A DNA stretch of 64,000 nucleotides from Eledone cirrhosa (lineage: Eukaryota), in the NCBI GenBank assembly GCA_964016885.1, contig OZ024742.1, forward strand, positions 81,406,001 to 81,470,000. The letters run 5' to 3'. Positions 61,697-64,000 of the stretch are shown one piece after another. Within the stretch, counting starts at the first letter, position 1. Every line of letters starts with the position of its first letter. The notes below the pieces were generated by a model, which searched no databases, was not told the origin of the DNA, and saw only the letters and a program-made list of their open reading frames with translations. Made by a program: the position numbers and the translations under genes.

Positions 61697-64000
61697 TTTC
61701 TTTATTAACCACAAGGGTTTACATAAAGTAGACATTAAGGACAGTGCAGTAAAATACAGGACGGTACAAATGGGCATTTCTGCGTTAAAAAACAAAAACA
61801 GAGGATGTAACAAAAAAATAACAATGAAAAATTCCCCAATTGGGGAAGACTTCGGAGAGACATTTGTGGAGAAAGCCCAGTAAAAGGCCACAGTGAGACT
61901 GACCACCAAGGCAAGTGCCCTCTCCCAGTTTTCCACCTTTAATTTACGGATATATACTCAGAGTAAGCCCATTCACTCGGGCCATTCTTGCTTCTCTCAC
62001 CCATCTTTCAACAAAATGCTGGGAAGAGAGCACTTCCCTCTCTACTCTGATTTTCCTTTTCAAATGGAATTTGAAAAAGTCAATCAGAGCATCACCGAAG
62101 AGATAAGTGCTCGTCTTCAGCTCTTTCAAACGTGTCCACCATACTATCTCTAAGGCCATGGCCACCATACAGATAATAACTGCCTGCCCTTCCCGTCTAA
62201 AGGAGGAGGGCGGGGCAATCCTCACGATGGACTCAGATGATAGCCGGATCCGTCCTACACGCGACAGCAGGTGTTCGACATAAACCCACAAGTCAGCAAT
62301 TTTCGGACACTGGACGAGTGCGTACAGGACGGTTTCGTCGCCCTGCGCGCATCTCGGACATGTCCGGCTGACGGCACCTGCATGCCTGTAGAGTTTATCC
62401 CGAACTGGCAAGGCTCCTCGGTAGCACTGCCAGGCCAGAGATTTCTGGAAGTTGTCCATAGGCCCTGGCCCGAAAGTTCTTCCGAAGAGATTGGCTAGTT
62501 GATTTTCGTCGACGCCTAGAGTTTCCCCAAGTACGTCGTCGCTCGTCCCCTCCACTAATCCTCTATAGAAAGCCGAGGTGGAGTTTCAACCGATCACATT
62601 GCCCGATTGGTCGAGGGCTGTGAGCGCCTGAAGACATTCCAGTCTCCAGGCGCTCCCTCTCGGTCTTCGAGGAAGAGGTGGAGATGTCGTAGCCTGAGCG
62701 CGTGCCTGCGTCTCATCAGCCACGGCATGCCGTGCCCTCCACGTAGCGGGTGTTGACAACAGATGGACCGCCTGACCATCGGAGCGCGTCCCTTCCACAA
62801 AAAGCGAAAGAGCAAACGCTCCAGCGCAGTCAGGCGAGGCTTAGGACAAGTTACGACGGTCAGGCGGTAGCAGATGTACGCGTTAGCCACCTCCGCTTGT
62901 CCTTTCAGGGATAGCTTCCTCTCCGCCCATTTCTGGGTGAGAGAAGCCACCCTGCTCGTCACCTCGTCCCAGTTTTTCTCCGTCTGGAGGTCTGGACCGA
63001 ACCAGACCCCTAGCAATTTAACCGGTCCGTCCGTCCAGCGTCCGACGACGCTGTTGGACGGCATCGACCTGCCTCTCCAGGTGCCGAGCTGCAGGTCCAC
63101 TGACTTTTCCTGGTTGATCATTTCTCCTGTCACCGCTTCGTATTCTCTTAGTTTAGTACCGATCGCCTCGATGTCTTTGGCGTTCGACACCACTACGGTG
63201 ACATCGTCCGCATATGCTGACACGGATCTTCCGCATCTTAGTTCGCGCGGGACGCCCCTCAACGTCTCCAGTTTGTGCAGTAATGGCTCGAGAGTCAATA
63301 CGTACAAGAGGGACGAGAAGAGACATCCTTGGCGGACCGAGCGCATGAATTTGAACGGTTCTGACAGGTGACCGTTCACTCTCACCACAGAGCAGATGTC
63401 GCTGTGCATGGCAGCGATCCAGCCTCTGAAGACGGGACTAAAGCCAGCCGCCCTCAGGACTGCCGCCAGGTAACGATGGTCGACCCTATCGAAGGCTTTC
63501 GACTGATCTAAATTGATCAAGGACCCACCCGTGCCAGGTTCCCTAGCGAGCCTCTCTACGATGTATCGCATGAGGTGGAGGTTGTCGTGGATGGATCTGT
63601 CGGGAATGGCGCATGTCTGCGCCTCTCCCACCAGACCACCAACGACAAGCGCCAACCTCTTTGCTAGCACCTTGGCCAAAATCTTGAACTCTGTGTTTAG
63701 CAGCGTTATGCGCCGGAAATTATCTATGTTATCCCCCTTGTTCGGATCCTTTCTCAGCAGTGCCACCGCTCCTCGGCTCACAGAACTGGGAACTCTCCCA
63801 TTACGTTGCCAGTTGCAGTAGACGTCCGCCAAGAGGCCTCCGAACAAGTCTGGCATTTGTACGTAAAGTTCATAGGGCAGGACATCCAAACCAGGCGATT
63901 TACCCCTTGTGCAGCCAGTCATTGCCTCCCTTACTTCAGCGGCTGTTATCGGCTTTTCGCAACACTTCGCCTCAGTGGCCGAGAGCCGCGGCAGTCCGTC
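61695..64000 (-). mobile_element. Tx1/L1-clade LINE (RT to 3' end; continues beyond the window)
   Basis: 442-aa ORF with KSPGLD, FRRITLLN, LDQSKAFDRVDH, VRQGC..S and AYADDVT, then a 203-aa C-terminal ORF with CPRC. Ends CCCTTGTGGTTAATAAAGAAATC(ATT)n. Confidence 0.95.

Overview
AT-rich, microsatellite-dense eukaryotic (animal) DNA made up mostly of nested transposable elements. The SINE family and repeat landscape look like an octopus/coleoid cephalopod, but that is an inference. I see no intact host gene. The window holds a decayed autonomous Helitron plus three non-autonomous or deleted Helitrons, two decayed Penelope-like elements (RT + GIY-YIG), and about eight tRNA-derived SINE copies. 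It also holds a cluster of R4/Dong-type LINEs (RT + restriction-like endonuclease) and Tx1-type LINEs (APE + RT) stacked in (TAA)n and (GATA)n microsatellites, an RTE fragment, a ~2.3 kb inverted segmental duplication, and a probable decayed multi-exon C-type-lectin-like pseudogene. The most interesting signal is non-coding: about a dozen type I hammerhead ribozyme motifs from several unrelated families. These include an ORF-less ~410-426 bp tandem repeat (26930-28140) with one hammerhead per unit, i.e. a retrozyme-like candidate. A dispersed copy of it (11060-11578) has twin-priming geometry and is longer than one monomer, consistent with reverse transcription of a circular or multimeric RNA. 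(TA)n-centred fold-back duplications also recur. All RNA folds and alignments were done by eye, so coordinates are approximate unless a motif is quoted.
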